A stretch of DNA of 53,957 nt from Chromera velia (lineage: Eukaryota). The stretch spans positions 1 to 53,957 of the forward strand of contig JAHBMJ010000209.1 of NCBI GenBank assembly GCA_018398765.1, read 5' to 3'. Shown one piece after another: positions 37,501-48,671 of this stretch. Below the pieces are notes generated by a model. That model worked only from the letters and a program-made list of their open reading frames with translations. It was not told the origin of the DNA and did no database searches. The position numbers were made by a program, and so were the translations under genes. Each line of letters starts with the position of its first letter. Positions within the stretch are counted from its first letter, which is position 1.

Positions 37501-38725
37501 AGTTGTTGGCTACATCGAGTTTGTTCAAATTGGACATCTGGATCCACTCTGCCTGCACAGACGTCAGCTGGTTCCCTGCAATCTGCACGATCTGCAAATT
37601 GCCCATCTGATCTAGGTCCACAGCAAACTCCCCCGACAGTTGGTTGTTTGCAAACACCAGAGTCGTCAGAGAGGGGGGAATCTTGAGGGGATCAAAAGAG
37701 CCAGAAAGACCGCAGTTTGAAATTTCGAGATAAGTCAAGGCAGAGCACCCGGATAAATCGGGTTGTGTCTGCAGATTGGGGGCATTCCTGACAACCAAAG
37801 ACTCCAGGGAAGACCCACAGACGGAGGTGTCGATAGAGGTGAAGTCATAGTCAGAGAAGTCGACCCTCTGCATCCAGGAAGAAAAAATGTGCGTTTGGAG
37901 TCAAGTCGAAAGAAAACAGATTCTTCCAAAGATAAACTGTCTACAATTGGAAGCACGAATTTGGAAAGCCGAATCTTTGCACGACACAGAATCCGATCGA
38001 CTGCTGCCTAGCTCACCTTAGGAGTTTCCTTTTCATCAAAAAATCAGACGAATGAATACAGTGAAAGAAGCTTCAAACACATCAAGATTGAATTCAACTC
38101 TCCTTTGAGCGAATCCACAATATTGCAATGCCACTCAAGCAGAGAAAGAGAGAAAGCAGCTTTCCCTCTGTCCAGTAATCTCTTTTCTCTCCTTTTCTTC
38201 TCCACCACTAATTTCCCCCTTCCTCTGGCCCTGTCCCACCGTCAAGGTGCTGGAGGAGAGTCCCCCCAAACTCTTCTTGCTGATCCAGTCAGAAAAGGAG
38301 CTCAGGTCTCCAAATTTGCCCCCTGAACCGTCAAAGGACTGCATTCATTCAGTCATTCATCCATTCAGTCATCCATTCCGCCATCCATTCAGTCATTCAG
38401 TCATTCATTCATCTCAACGGAGTCATGAAGAAAGAATGAAAGAGACTGACAGGCGATGCAAACAGACTGACAAAGGGAGTCTGGCATGGTGGGATGCCAG
38501 AACAGTAGACACACACACACACACCGCCCAGTCTGCAAAAAACGGAGTCTCTCTATCAGAAAAGTGACAGACTACAAAAATCATCAGCTTTACGGGAAAG
38601 GAAAAGACCCGAGCGACCCCTATTTCTGTCCTTCACTTAAGTTGCATGCCTTGCAGAAGCGAGAAGAAGAGCTTAAAGAAAGAGTTGGCCAACAGCAGTT
38701 GTGAGAGAAGGCAAAGAAAGACCAT
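25570..38725 (-). CDS. Very large multi-exon membrane protein: LRR, GCC2/GCC3-type Cys-rich repeats, multipass TM, coiled-coil and two LamG/ConA-like domains (start uncertain; could be two genes)
   Basis: LRR exon ~37470-37867 (LTYLEISNCGLSG, LTTLVFANNQLSG, LNKLDVANNSLT). Cys repeats at 34009-35497 (CQDCPLGTWS..CTSCG..GSTFENDCYC; GGSKGVLCNQC). Hydrophobic TM exons at 30870-33845 (FFQTFRCRSL..LVADFEL|IC; GWVTDGFRSPWSSFWFF). LamG-like segments at 26900-27500 (WSLETWIRLP..GWHHLVVV..FYFDGKPVG..IGN) and 25570-26200 (WTVTVWVRFP..GWRHLAVTF..FFVDAELVG..IGN). No AT-rich spacer interrupts the exon series. Confidence 0.65.
29623..29821. repeat. 29-bp direct repeat (duplicated splice acceptor plus exon start) flanking a (TACA)n tract
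   Basis: AAGGAGTGCGTGGACTGCCTGCAGAAAGA at 29623-29651 and 29793-29821; (TACA)n at ~29690-29765. Confidence 0.9.
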
Positions 38726-39791
38726 CTAGGCGAGAGAGAAGAGGGACGTCATGCAATTGCACTGACGTTCGTGGTCGAGCTCCCTGACAACGCAACACAA
38801 CGCGCTGCGTCTGCAGTACGGGAGGAAGTGGCACAATGTTCTCTCTTCACATGCCGCATGGCATAAGACGATCAGGCGAATCACGGAAAGTCTTATACCA
38901 CTGACGTCTGGGTTGCCAGATAGACAAACAGAATCGCTTCACAGGCTGAATGCAGGCTGAACGAAGAAAGATGGACACAGTTTTGTCAGAAGCGGGCAGG
39001 CAGGGGGCCTGGGGCTTGAGAATATCATCCGGGGAAGCAGAGCGGAAAGTCAAAGGCGTTGATGGAAGGGGCAGAAGGCAAAAACCAAAGGCACCGACGG
39101 ACCTGTGGCGCAGATTGTGTCCAAGTCGCTGAGAATCTGCGCATTCATGCATGCAAGAGGGTAGGGATGCATGCAATTTATTCGTCAAATATTCTTCAGA
39201 TGAGAAAGGTGTTCAGCAGTATCATTGAAGTAGACACTGACCTCTGCATTAGTCTGCCCGTAAGTTGCTGCAGATAGTACACACAGGAAGAGGATGCATA
39301 AATGGATTCACCTTTTTCTTGCAAAAACAAACAACAGCTGTTTTGGATCAATAAGGAACACACTGACTTGAAGGGAGTAGCGAGGCTGCCAGTAGGAGAC
39401 CAAGTGTAATTCGAACTACGATTCTTCCCATTTTCAAGTCTTATCGACCTACGACGGTTGGAGTAGACGGTGTGAAGTTTTGTGAAACAGTGCCTCTTAT
39501 ATAAAAACGCATGTACTTTTGAACAACAGGTATCAAATCAAAGACGACAACTGTTGTGGAAACATCTTGAGAGGCATCTGAGAGTAGACGACTCTGTCTG
39601 TACATAAGATTCAGGGGTCAATGGCTCACCGAGAAGGAGCGTTCAGTGCCAGAAAGAGTCTGCAGATTCAATCAGTGCAGATTCCTCTTTTATAGGGCAG
39701 GAATCCTGTCACATCAAAAGCCGATAACCGCGTTTTGGCTGGCGGGCTGTTGCGCGCGCGCAGACCGAGCGAGAAGTAACAAAATTCGTCG

Positions 39792-39810
39792 TGCATGCAT
39801 GCATGCATGC
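39792..39810. promoter_or_regulatory. (TGCA)n / TGCATGCA array in a divergent promoter
   Basis: TGCATGCATGCATGCATGC between the divergent LRR gene and the 40015 gene; TATATATAAA at ~39841. Confidence 0.45.
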
Positions 39811-40014
39811 GCTTTCTGCATGATCGAGGATCGAGGGAATTATATATAAACGCGTTAAATTCTCATCACCTTTGTATAGTCATGAAAGGAGGGCGAGGAA
39901 CTTGTCCTGCATGCAAGGCGTAAGCGCGTCGCATGGTTTCCTGATGCTGTGTGCCGCTGTATTGCGAATCTTGTGACTTGGTGCAACATCAAAAACGGGA
40001 GCCTGGCACTGAGG

Positions 40015-41072
40015 ATGAAGTGGGACCGCCGTCTCCTTGGGGGGGCACTCCTGCTTCTTCTTTCGCTCTGCTTATCACTGGGATTGCAGCTCTCCGAAGA
40101 CCTACAAAGACAGTCAAAAAGGGACAAAGAAAGTCGCCTCCAACTCGGAAATTCTACTAGATTATCAACCACGAAGAGAACAAAAAACAAAACCAAAGAA
40201 TCCGATGCCGCGGTTTCGCGTGTCACTACGACTCTAGGGAAACGCCTCGCAATGGGCACTCGGGGGGCACTGAATTCTTTCAACGGACCCTCAGGAGCCT
40301 TGTCCCACGCCGTCTTTAACCCGACCCAGTTTGGACGTCATGCGATGAGCACAACTGCAGGAGGGGCCAACAACGTGTTCCACCAGTCGGTGTACGCAGC
40401 CCTGCTCAAACAGGTGGGGGTTCGTATACATATACTCCTATCTGTATACATGTGTTTGGGTTTGCATTTTTGAAGAGGGGCGACGGGAATTTGCCTCTAA
40501 TGTCTATGCATATATGTTTATGCGTATACACTTGATTCTGTCCAGAATTGGGTCTTTCCTGTCTTTTCAGCTTTCTTCTATACAAAGGCAATCTCGTTTT
40601 CCCTGTTTTTTAAAACATGCATGAATGATTGAACACGCCTGTTTGTGTCTGTGTTCAGGTGGGTCCAGAGGAGGCTGACAGGATGTTCAAAATTCTGCAA
40701 CCAGATGCCTCTCTGGAGATGGCAAAGGGAGAAGTGCCGATTCCAGACAGTCCCATAGAAACTCTGTTGAAGGAAAACATACCCGAGGATGTGCTGGAAG
40801 AAGCGAACAAGGGCATATTGAGAGGCCCCTACAAACAAGCAGCGCAGGAGGGACTGCTGAAGGAGCCGTACAAGACTGCTGCTGCCAGGGGAGTCATGCC
40901 GTTCTGGTGGCACAGACAACAGTGGGAGCAGAGAACAAAGAGAGAATTGATCAAGAATTTCCTCCTGGACGGAACGGACATCGATTCAGACCTCGCGCAG
41001 ACTGCTCTCCGAAACGCCACGTCTGACAGCGCGTGGCAAGAATACAAGCTCGAGCGATATGGGCCTGGCTGA
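40015..41072 (+). CDS. Two-exon hypothetical protein with signal peptide
   Basis: Exons 40015-40413 (CAG|GTGGGG) and 40659-41072 (TTCAG|), phase 0. The N-terminus MKWDRRLLGGALLLLLSLCLSLG is followed by an S/T/K/R-rich stretch. Confidence 0.7.
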
Positions 41073-42481
41073 AGTCGGGGGCATTGAAGCCAGACCACAG
41101 ACTGGGCAGTGCACGAGGCTTGGAGGGGGTCCTTCAAAGTATGGCTGGCTTTTCTCGGTCAACCCGGAGGACTTTTGAAGTTTAAACCCAGACAAGTTGT
41201 GAGTTACACTGTACCTCAGCGGCTTAGAAGTTAAGGTATCCGCTGCCCTGAAGCAAGCTTTAAAGCTTACAAGGGCGGTGCCACCTTGTCAAACTCATTC
41301 TTCACAAAGCATGCATTTAGAGCTACATTTAGAGTATAACAAGAACAGATGATACCTTTGCAAGTTATTATTGACACTTTACTAAAAATCTAGCTAAAAA
41401 CCGTACAGGTTACCCCAGTAAAAACCTAGCCAAAACTTTACATAGGATCTTAACTTTTAAAAATCATTGATCGAAAGGCGATCGACCTTTCTTTTGTTTT
41501 AATTTGTTTAAAGTAGTGCAAATAGTGGTGGAAATACTATCTAGGGTTTAATGAGGCTAGTAATGAAGCTGAATACCTTTTTCTTAAAAAACGTCAGATG
41601 CCATGATTTGTCTAGTGACTTAAAATTGTATCTAATACTATAATACTATCTATCATACAAAAAAGAAATATACCTATGTGTGCCATTGGCTACAAATTGC
41701 AATGTAAGAGGTTTTAGAGTATATAGAGTGATTGTAAATGGCTAAAAATGTTTTGTTTTAAAATAGCTGGAAACAGCGTCAAACCTAGCTAGCGTCAGAC
41801 GCAGTTGAGACGCGAGATCAACTTTTCAAATGTGTTGGTCATTTTCACATACACATTTTTTTGTCATACATCAAATCATTTAAAAGAAATAAGCGCAACG
41901 AAAGTGTTTAATAGACTTGCGTAAACAGACAAGGACAGAGAGTCACAGGACTCGAACAAACAGTAAAAGCAAAACCAAAGTGAGAGCAGCGCGCGCAATG
42001 ATAAAAAGTCGATCAGTTTCATGAAAGCCTTTCTTGTGAAATCCGTTGCATGACTTCTGCACAATGTAGAGTGTGGGGGGTTCAAATAACCTTGCTGGTC
42101 GGAAGCCTGCCTACGTCTGCGCTGTCTTTTCGATGGTGATTTTGTCAAGTGAAGCCTTTCCCCCCTTCCCCCCCTCCCCCTGTGTGTGTCTGTGTGCGCG
42201 TATCTTCCACCTTCTCTGTGGGTCTTCTCTCGCCACTATCCCTCTTCCGTCCATTCTACCGACCGCTGCGGCCCTGCATGGTTCGATCACTCTGCACATG
42301 CAAACAGATCGGTCGATCGATTTGCTGTACTGCCTGCACGTGAGTGACACCTCGAACCTCTTTGGGCCCTTCCTTGGTCCTGCAGGGGAGTAAAGACTGA
42401 CTGACCTCTTGTTCTTCTTCTTCTTCTCCTTCTTCACTCATTTCTCGTGTCGGCAGCATGCATCATTTCAATCAACCAGCT

Positions 42482-42550
42482 AGTCAGTCAGTCAGTCAGT
42501 CAGTCACTCACTCACTCACTCAGTCAGTCAGTCAGTCAGTCAGTCAGTCA
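42482..42550. repeat. (CAGT)n/(CACT)n tetranucleotide microsatellite
   Basis: Directly visible. Confidence 0.95.
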
Positions 42551-42787
42551 TTCGGTCACGTCATCACGTACCATCTTTCTGGCGCCTGTACACTCGCACA
42601 CGCAGACGCACACATGCTGTCACTTACTCGCTTAATTAGTTCTTCAACCATTCTTTCGCTAACCCCGTGACTCCCGCATTGACTGACACATTCACTCAGC
42701 CACTCGACTCCATGTGCAACCTCTTCATTTTCAGTCTCGGTCTGTGCCTCTTCCCCCCAAGACAGTGCTCTCTTATGGCTCCTGGAC

Positions 42788-43279
42788 CTAGAAGGTGATG
42801 TTGATAGCCTGCCCACCCTCGTCAACCCTGAAGGCAAACTCCCAAAACCCAGCAGCACCGCAGCAGCCCTTCACCACCCAGGCAAATCCGATCTTCATGG
42901 GATTCTCGTGGGCTGCAGCGTAATCCTCGCAGAAAGAGACGGCAGCCTCCTTGGGGAAGTCGATGGTCACCAGCACGCTCTCCTCCTTGGGTCCCTTCTT
43001 CGCGTCTGAAGAGGAGACGACGATGGTGGTCACGTTCTGCACGACCTCCGCGGGGTCGAAGGGGACCTGGTCAATCGCCATGAGGGGCAGGGCTTTGTCG
43101 GGAGTGAAGAGGCAGAAGCCCTCAACCTCAATCTCGGCCTTCCTGCAGACACACAAACGGACAGGCAGGCAGCTGTGCAGGTAGCCAGGGAGGAAGACCA
43201 GATGAAGAGTATGCGTGCGTGTGTGCGTGCGTGTGTGCGTGCGTGTGTGCGTATGTGCGTGCGTGTGTGCGTGCGTGTG

Positions 43280-43338
<59 letters not shown>

Positions 43339-43341
43339 ATC

Positions 43342-43393
<52 letters not shown>

Positions 43394-44756
43394 TGAGTGA
43401 GTGGGAGAGAGAGAGAGAGAATCACTGACTCAGGGCAGCCTCCCAGGGTGAAGTTCAGTTGTCCGTCGCCAAAAAGAGGGTTCCCGTTAATGTTGGCTGC
43501 CTCCACGTCTCCCTCCAGTCTCCTTCCAGTAGTCGACAGCTGCTCCGACTTCGCAGAGAAGTCCTCGAGGATCCCTGTGTCAGCCACAAACCCGACAAGA
43601 GCCTGCAGCTAGGCAGAGAAATCAAGCGAGAGACTGAGGTCAGTCAGAGTCTGCAAGTCACAACGCGATCGAAGGGTTCAATACAAAAGGAATTCTAATG
43701 TTCGAACACGGAGGCTCCCTAAGATCCCCGTTGGGTGCAGAGACGCTTGCAGGAACGAAAGTGAGTCTACATCCAGGCAGTCCTCTGCGACTGATGCATC
43801 AATTTTTGCCATCAGACTGTCCCGGTTTTATTTGAGAAACAAGAATGCGTCAGCAGGCAGGCCCCATGTATGTCGGATTGCATACGCACCTCCTGGTCCG
43901 CCGCGATGACGAGGTTCAGTCGACGCCGGTTAGGAGCTGTCTGGACCACTCTGCCGGGGGTGAATGTGGTGAAGTAGGAGGACAGGGAGACGTCAATCTT
44001 CCCCGGGGCACCCGAGTCATTGGCCTCGTCGGTGAGAACGGTGGTGGGGATGGCCTCAGCAAGGGAGGTTTCGGCGTCTCCTTCGGGGGCGACAAGGAGA
44101 GTGGCTGCGGAAACGGAAGACTGTCCGACTGTCGGAACGACCTCGAATGGGTTCACGTCCAGGTAGGTGCCCTCGACTCCATACCCACAGTCATGGAGAG
44201 TCAGATAAGACACCACTCGGCTGTTAGAGGGGCCGAAGGGAGGGCCGGAGGGGTTGGCAGCCCTGACGACGCGAGTGAGGTCGAAATCGCAGTTGGAGGT
44301 GTCGGGGCAGATCTTCTTCAGTGGGAGTTTGGCCTTTTTGTCCTTCTTCACCAGTTCTTCCTTTCCACCTGCAGAGATAGTGCGTCAATTCGACAATCGC
44401 ATGCATTTGCAAATATGTATATAGATATTAATATCAGTACGACAAACGAATGGTGTGGATTGAAGCAAGCCCAGCGGTATGTATTGAGGCGGGCCAGACG
44501 AACTGACCGAAGAGATTCAGTCCGTTGAAATCCAAATCGAACTTGCTCACATTGAACTTCCCAAAGTCGCCGGCAAAGTTTGTCAGGTCGGGCAACTTAT
44601 CCTGCAGGCAGGAATTAGTGTATCAGCATAAAAATTAACGTGTACCTACAAGAGCCGAATCTGGACCCCTAGAGTCCAGTAAGTTTTGCCTGAGCGGTGA
44701 CTGACAAGAGCTGCGTTGGCTGAGGTCGCAGCCAGGAGGACAGCGAAGGTCTTCAT
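42788..44756 (-). CDS. Secreted hypothetical protein, five exons
   Basis: Signal peptide [17 protein letters not shown]. Exons ~44706-44756, 44547-44601, 43890-44368, 43431-43602 and 42788-43142 have strong coding-like codon usage. No family recognised. Confidence 0.7.
43212..43420. repeat. (GCGT)n/(GT)n/(GA)n compound microsatellite, intronic
   Basis: Directly visible. Confidence 0.95.
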
Positions 44757-44992
44757 CGTGAGCGTTGGAATAAGTTTGCACTCTTTGGAAAACAACTGTT
44801 GTTGACTTGAGACGGTGAAGAAGCAAGCGGCTCAGAGTCAGCTGATCAAAAGGACTTCGTTCCTATACAGTGAAGTGTTCTGTACCTCAATTGACGTATA
44901 TGTCGTTCAAGGCGCTGTTGAAGTTGAAAACACACAATTTGTGACACAAACACCGGCTTTCCTTCAGGTCAGACAAACTGCACGATGAGCGA

Positions 44993-45163
44993 TGCATGCA
45001 TGTGAACGCGCGGTGCCATGCATGCAGGCTTGCCCGCGGCGCGCCCCCCTGGCCCGCGGCCATGCAAACCCGCACGGCCCACGTACGCGCGGCCCCCGGC
45101 CAGACTGCATGCATGAGATCGATCGAGTGCTGAATTAAATCAGTGCTGATTCCTGCATGCATG
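44993..45163. promoter_or_regulatory. GC-rich divergent promoter with four TGCATGCA sites
   Basis: TGCATGCA at ~44993, 45019, 45106 and 45154, between ATGs at 44756 (-) and 45418 (+). Confidence 0.5.
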
Positions 45164-45417
45164 TCGGACGTCAATCTGACATCCTATAGCTGCTTGATGC
45201 CATTGTTCTGAATTCAATCTTGCCTTTCTCTGTCGCAAGACGTCTTTCCCACATAGGGCCATCAGACCCTGGCTCCAATGTATATATATATACACGCACG
45301 GGACAGTCTCCTCCTGCCTTCTTCCAAAGTGCATGTAGACGGTCACTACCAGTCACGCATGTAGAACGAACTCGTTAACCGCTGTTCGACTGAACGTCAT
45401 CTACTCGATCTATCTTG

Positions 45418-47118
45418 ATGACGTCGACGGCCAGATTGGACCACCTTCGGCGTGGTCACCAGGTGCAGGCAGAGAAGGAGGCTCTTCTTCGGACCATCAT
45501 GGAGGCAGAGAAGAGGCCCATGTGCGACCCCGTCCTGCCGTCTGATCTGAGAGAACTCAGGCAGGTACGCCCAGAAGAAAATCAAAACCATACAGCTCCA
45601 AGAGAATCATCTGAACATGGGAAGAAGTCAGGCAATGATAATTGGGGGGGAAAAGGGAATATAGACCTACGTAGTGTCTGCTACAGTTCTTGCATGCACT
45701 TTTATATCCTTTCTTCATGTTCGTACATGCATCACACCCCGCCTCCCTATGCTCATACGTCCGTCTTTCCAGTTTCTGACGTACCACAATTCAGTACAGC
45801 TTCATGCGGTAATGCTGTGCACCTGCCCGAACGAACTGAGATGACGAGAATCCAAATCTTCAGACACGCCTCTGCATGGGCATGTCGATGGAGACTGATG
45901 AGATTGGCTTTTAATCCTGATCAGTACGCGATTCATGCAGGGCATTTTGAAGATGTCTCACCTCCCTGTGTTCTTTTCCCTCCTTCTTTGATCTGCTGGG
46001 GATTGCCCTTCTTTCCACTTTGCGTCTTGCCTCCCGCTCACTCACTCACTCACTGTATCTTCCGCCACTAAAACGCAGTCCCGTCTTCGACGGAGAGACC
46101 TGGCCACCGAGTTGGAGGTGAAGGAAGGAAAGAAACCGCCAGCAGACGCTCAGGATGTGATTCGGAAAATGAACAATCTCTACGTGAAGTCAAGTAAGTC
46201 AGTCAGTCCGCCTGGACGCTCACATGCGCACGTGCGTCTTGCAAGCCGTGCATGCATGTGTCTCCGGAATTGATTGACCGGTCATCTGTTTTTCTGACTG
46301 AATACTCACCTGACTTCTTCCCCATCTGCCTCTTCAGCTTGCACGCTGACCCGCAGCCAACCATTCAGAAGGTGAAGAAGTGAACAGCTTGATGACTTAC
46401 TGACTGAGTGACTGTCACTGTGCAGAGGTTGAGGACAAACATTTTCCTCTTGGGGGAATCAATTTCAAGGGGAACTCTTCGGATGGGGTCCGGGGATGTA
46501 TGATGCCTGGGGCACCCCCGCCTCTGGTCTGCTCAAAGAAGAATTATCTCGGTCAGCCTCAGTCTCGATCTTCTCTTTTGCATGGATTGAATGATGCATG
46601 TGCTGATTTCTGGTGATGAGTATAGTGCAGCAGACTCTCTTCGTGTTGCTGTATAGATAGGAAAGAAACGAGGCAGTGAGGCCACAGTCTTCTTCTGTTC
46701 TGCCGCGCTTCAAGTTTTTACTCGAAGTTTTGCTGCAAAACCGGGGACTGATCCGGCAGCCTGTTGCGGCACTGTAAGAGACTGACGGAAAACCTTAATA
46801 CACTTTCATTTGGTGTTCGAGAAAATTCTCCCTCTTGCTCGGGCCCCTGACCCCCCTCTCTCTCTATCTATCTGTCTGTGTGCATGTCTGTTTGCAGATT
46901 TACAGGCGATGATTCTTCGGAATTCCCAGCTGGATGTGGACACAGAGAGTCTGAGAATGAAGGTCAGGAGCTCCCGTATTGGGTCGGGGCGCTTTTACCT
47001 CTCTGACAAACCCAGGGGGTACTGTCACGCAGCGCCCCTCAGGAGGCCGATGACTACTGCCGAGCTCGAGAGTCTTGCAGAAGTATCTCGAACGACAGTG
47101 CGTTCAGGGCAGCTTTAA
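45418..47118 (+). CDS. Three-exon hypothetical protein (~160 aa)
   Basis: Exons 45418-45564, 46079-46193 and 46899-47118 splice GT-AG in consistent phase (MTSTARLDHL...RELRQ|SRLRRRDL...YVKS|NLQAMILRN...SGQL*). Confidence 0.7.
45835..45925 (+). ncRNA. Candidate intronic box C/D snoRNA, copy A
   Basis: Terminal stem ACTGA/TCAGT, box C ATGACGA (45841-45847), C'-like CTGATGA, box D CTGA (45917-45920). Sense orientation in intron 1 of the 45418 gene. Confidence 0.65.
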
Positions 47119-48671
47119 GGAAATTCGCGAGGTGAATCAGAGACAAGCTGTTGATCGATGGTGTGACACTGACAGCGTACAACGACTTAGTATGCACCAT
47201 TCATTTCCGTCCATGGGCCGCTGTTGAAGTGCGGTGTGCAGTGCAGATGATTCATCATGCCTAGCATTCTGATTCACCTCATATTTCTATTCATAGGTGA
47301 ATTAGATTGTAGTATGTATTCTGTACTGATCAAACTGCTCGTCAAACTGCTGGTCAAAGTGGTTTAAAAATCTTTGAAAACGTCTTATATTCATTAATTG
47401 AAGTGGCTTTAAACCCATGTGGGGGCGCATCCAAGCTGCTCCAAAACTTAATCATAAACGCAATAAATGCGTTAAATTTTTTTATTCGATGTGTTGGGAT
47501 TTTTTTAAGGATTTTTTCTGAGATCTATTCATAAATTTAATCTAGAATTAGAGTTCAATGAGTTAGTACAGTTCATTTCTAGATTCATTAAAATAATAAA
47601 AGCAAACTAAAGCAGTGAAACAAAAAAGTATCAATCTATCTAGCAATCTATACGCATCACTTTTATCAAGTTTAAAGAAAGCTGTATAATTCTTTCTATC
47701 AGCCTAGCTATCAGCTATGTTGTAAGCTCTTTCCACATCAGATCGATAAAACCCTAGCTAAAACATACCAAAACCGCTAGCAAAACCGTCACAACTTGGT
47801 AACTTTCTAGGTAACTTTAGTTTGATAGAATTTTTAGTAGAATTTACTAATAGGGTATATTGATTGATTGATTGATTGATTGGTGCTATAATAGGGTGGA
47901 GCTTTATAGTAGTTTGTATAGTCCACTACGGATCGATTTTCTTTTGCATAAATTATATTAATGTGGGATAATAAAAGAGAATAAACTGAGTTTTACAAAA
48001 AATGTATGTGCAAGTTTAATTGCATTCATTTGAAAATTGCTGAAAAGCAACCAAACAGCATTGCATGCAATTGAGCACGCAGTAGGTACGGCATAATGAG
48101 CACAGCTCGAGCTTTGAATGGAGTCCATCGAAGCTCGAGACTCACGGACTATAAATTTCATTTGCAGGCTGACGTTGCGTGTCCATCTGTCAGGAGGAAC
48201 ACCTCTATCGATCCTCTGTGCGCATGGTGGGGCACGACGCTGATCAAGAAAGCCGAAATCGTCTGCCGGCTTCAAACAGCCAACTGGCGAGGGCCAACAC
48301 GTGCACGCAAGCCTCCGCCCCAGAGTCTCTCGGCTTGTCTCTGCTCCTCCTCTTTTCTCCAAGCCATTCACCACTCACCCCAAGCAGTTCAGGGAATGAA
48401 GTGAGCCATCTGTCTGTTATCAGGAACAGGAATTTTTGAGCATGCAAGATGGACCTCCATCTCCCGTCAAATTCATTCAATTCGGCCAGGTTGCTTTAGG
48501 TTTTCATGTGCCAGACAGACGGGCATGCATGCAAGTAAGTACACACATACATGTACAGAACGAATGAATTCCTTTCCTTCCTTCCATGCCTCAAGTGTCC
48601 AAAAAAAAGTTTTCCTCCCCCATCTCCCACTCCCTCCTTTTCCTTTCTCTCTTCCCCCCCCCAGATCAGAT

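Noticed and set aside
45901..45925. GGCTTTTAATCCTGA as a tRNA-Lys(UUU) anticodon arm
   Set aside because: No D arm, T arm or acceptor stem; the C/D-box interpretation explains the context better.
48096..48404. 102-aa ORF between an AT island and the SPMIP1-like stop
   Set aside because: No motif or consistent splice model; probably 3'UTR of the minus-strand gene.
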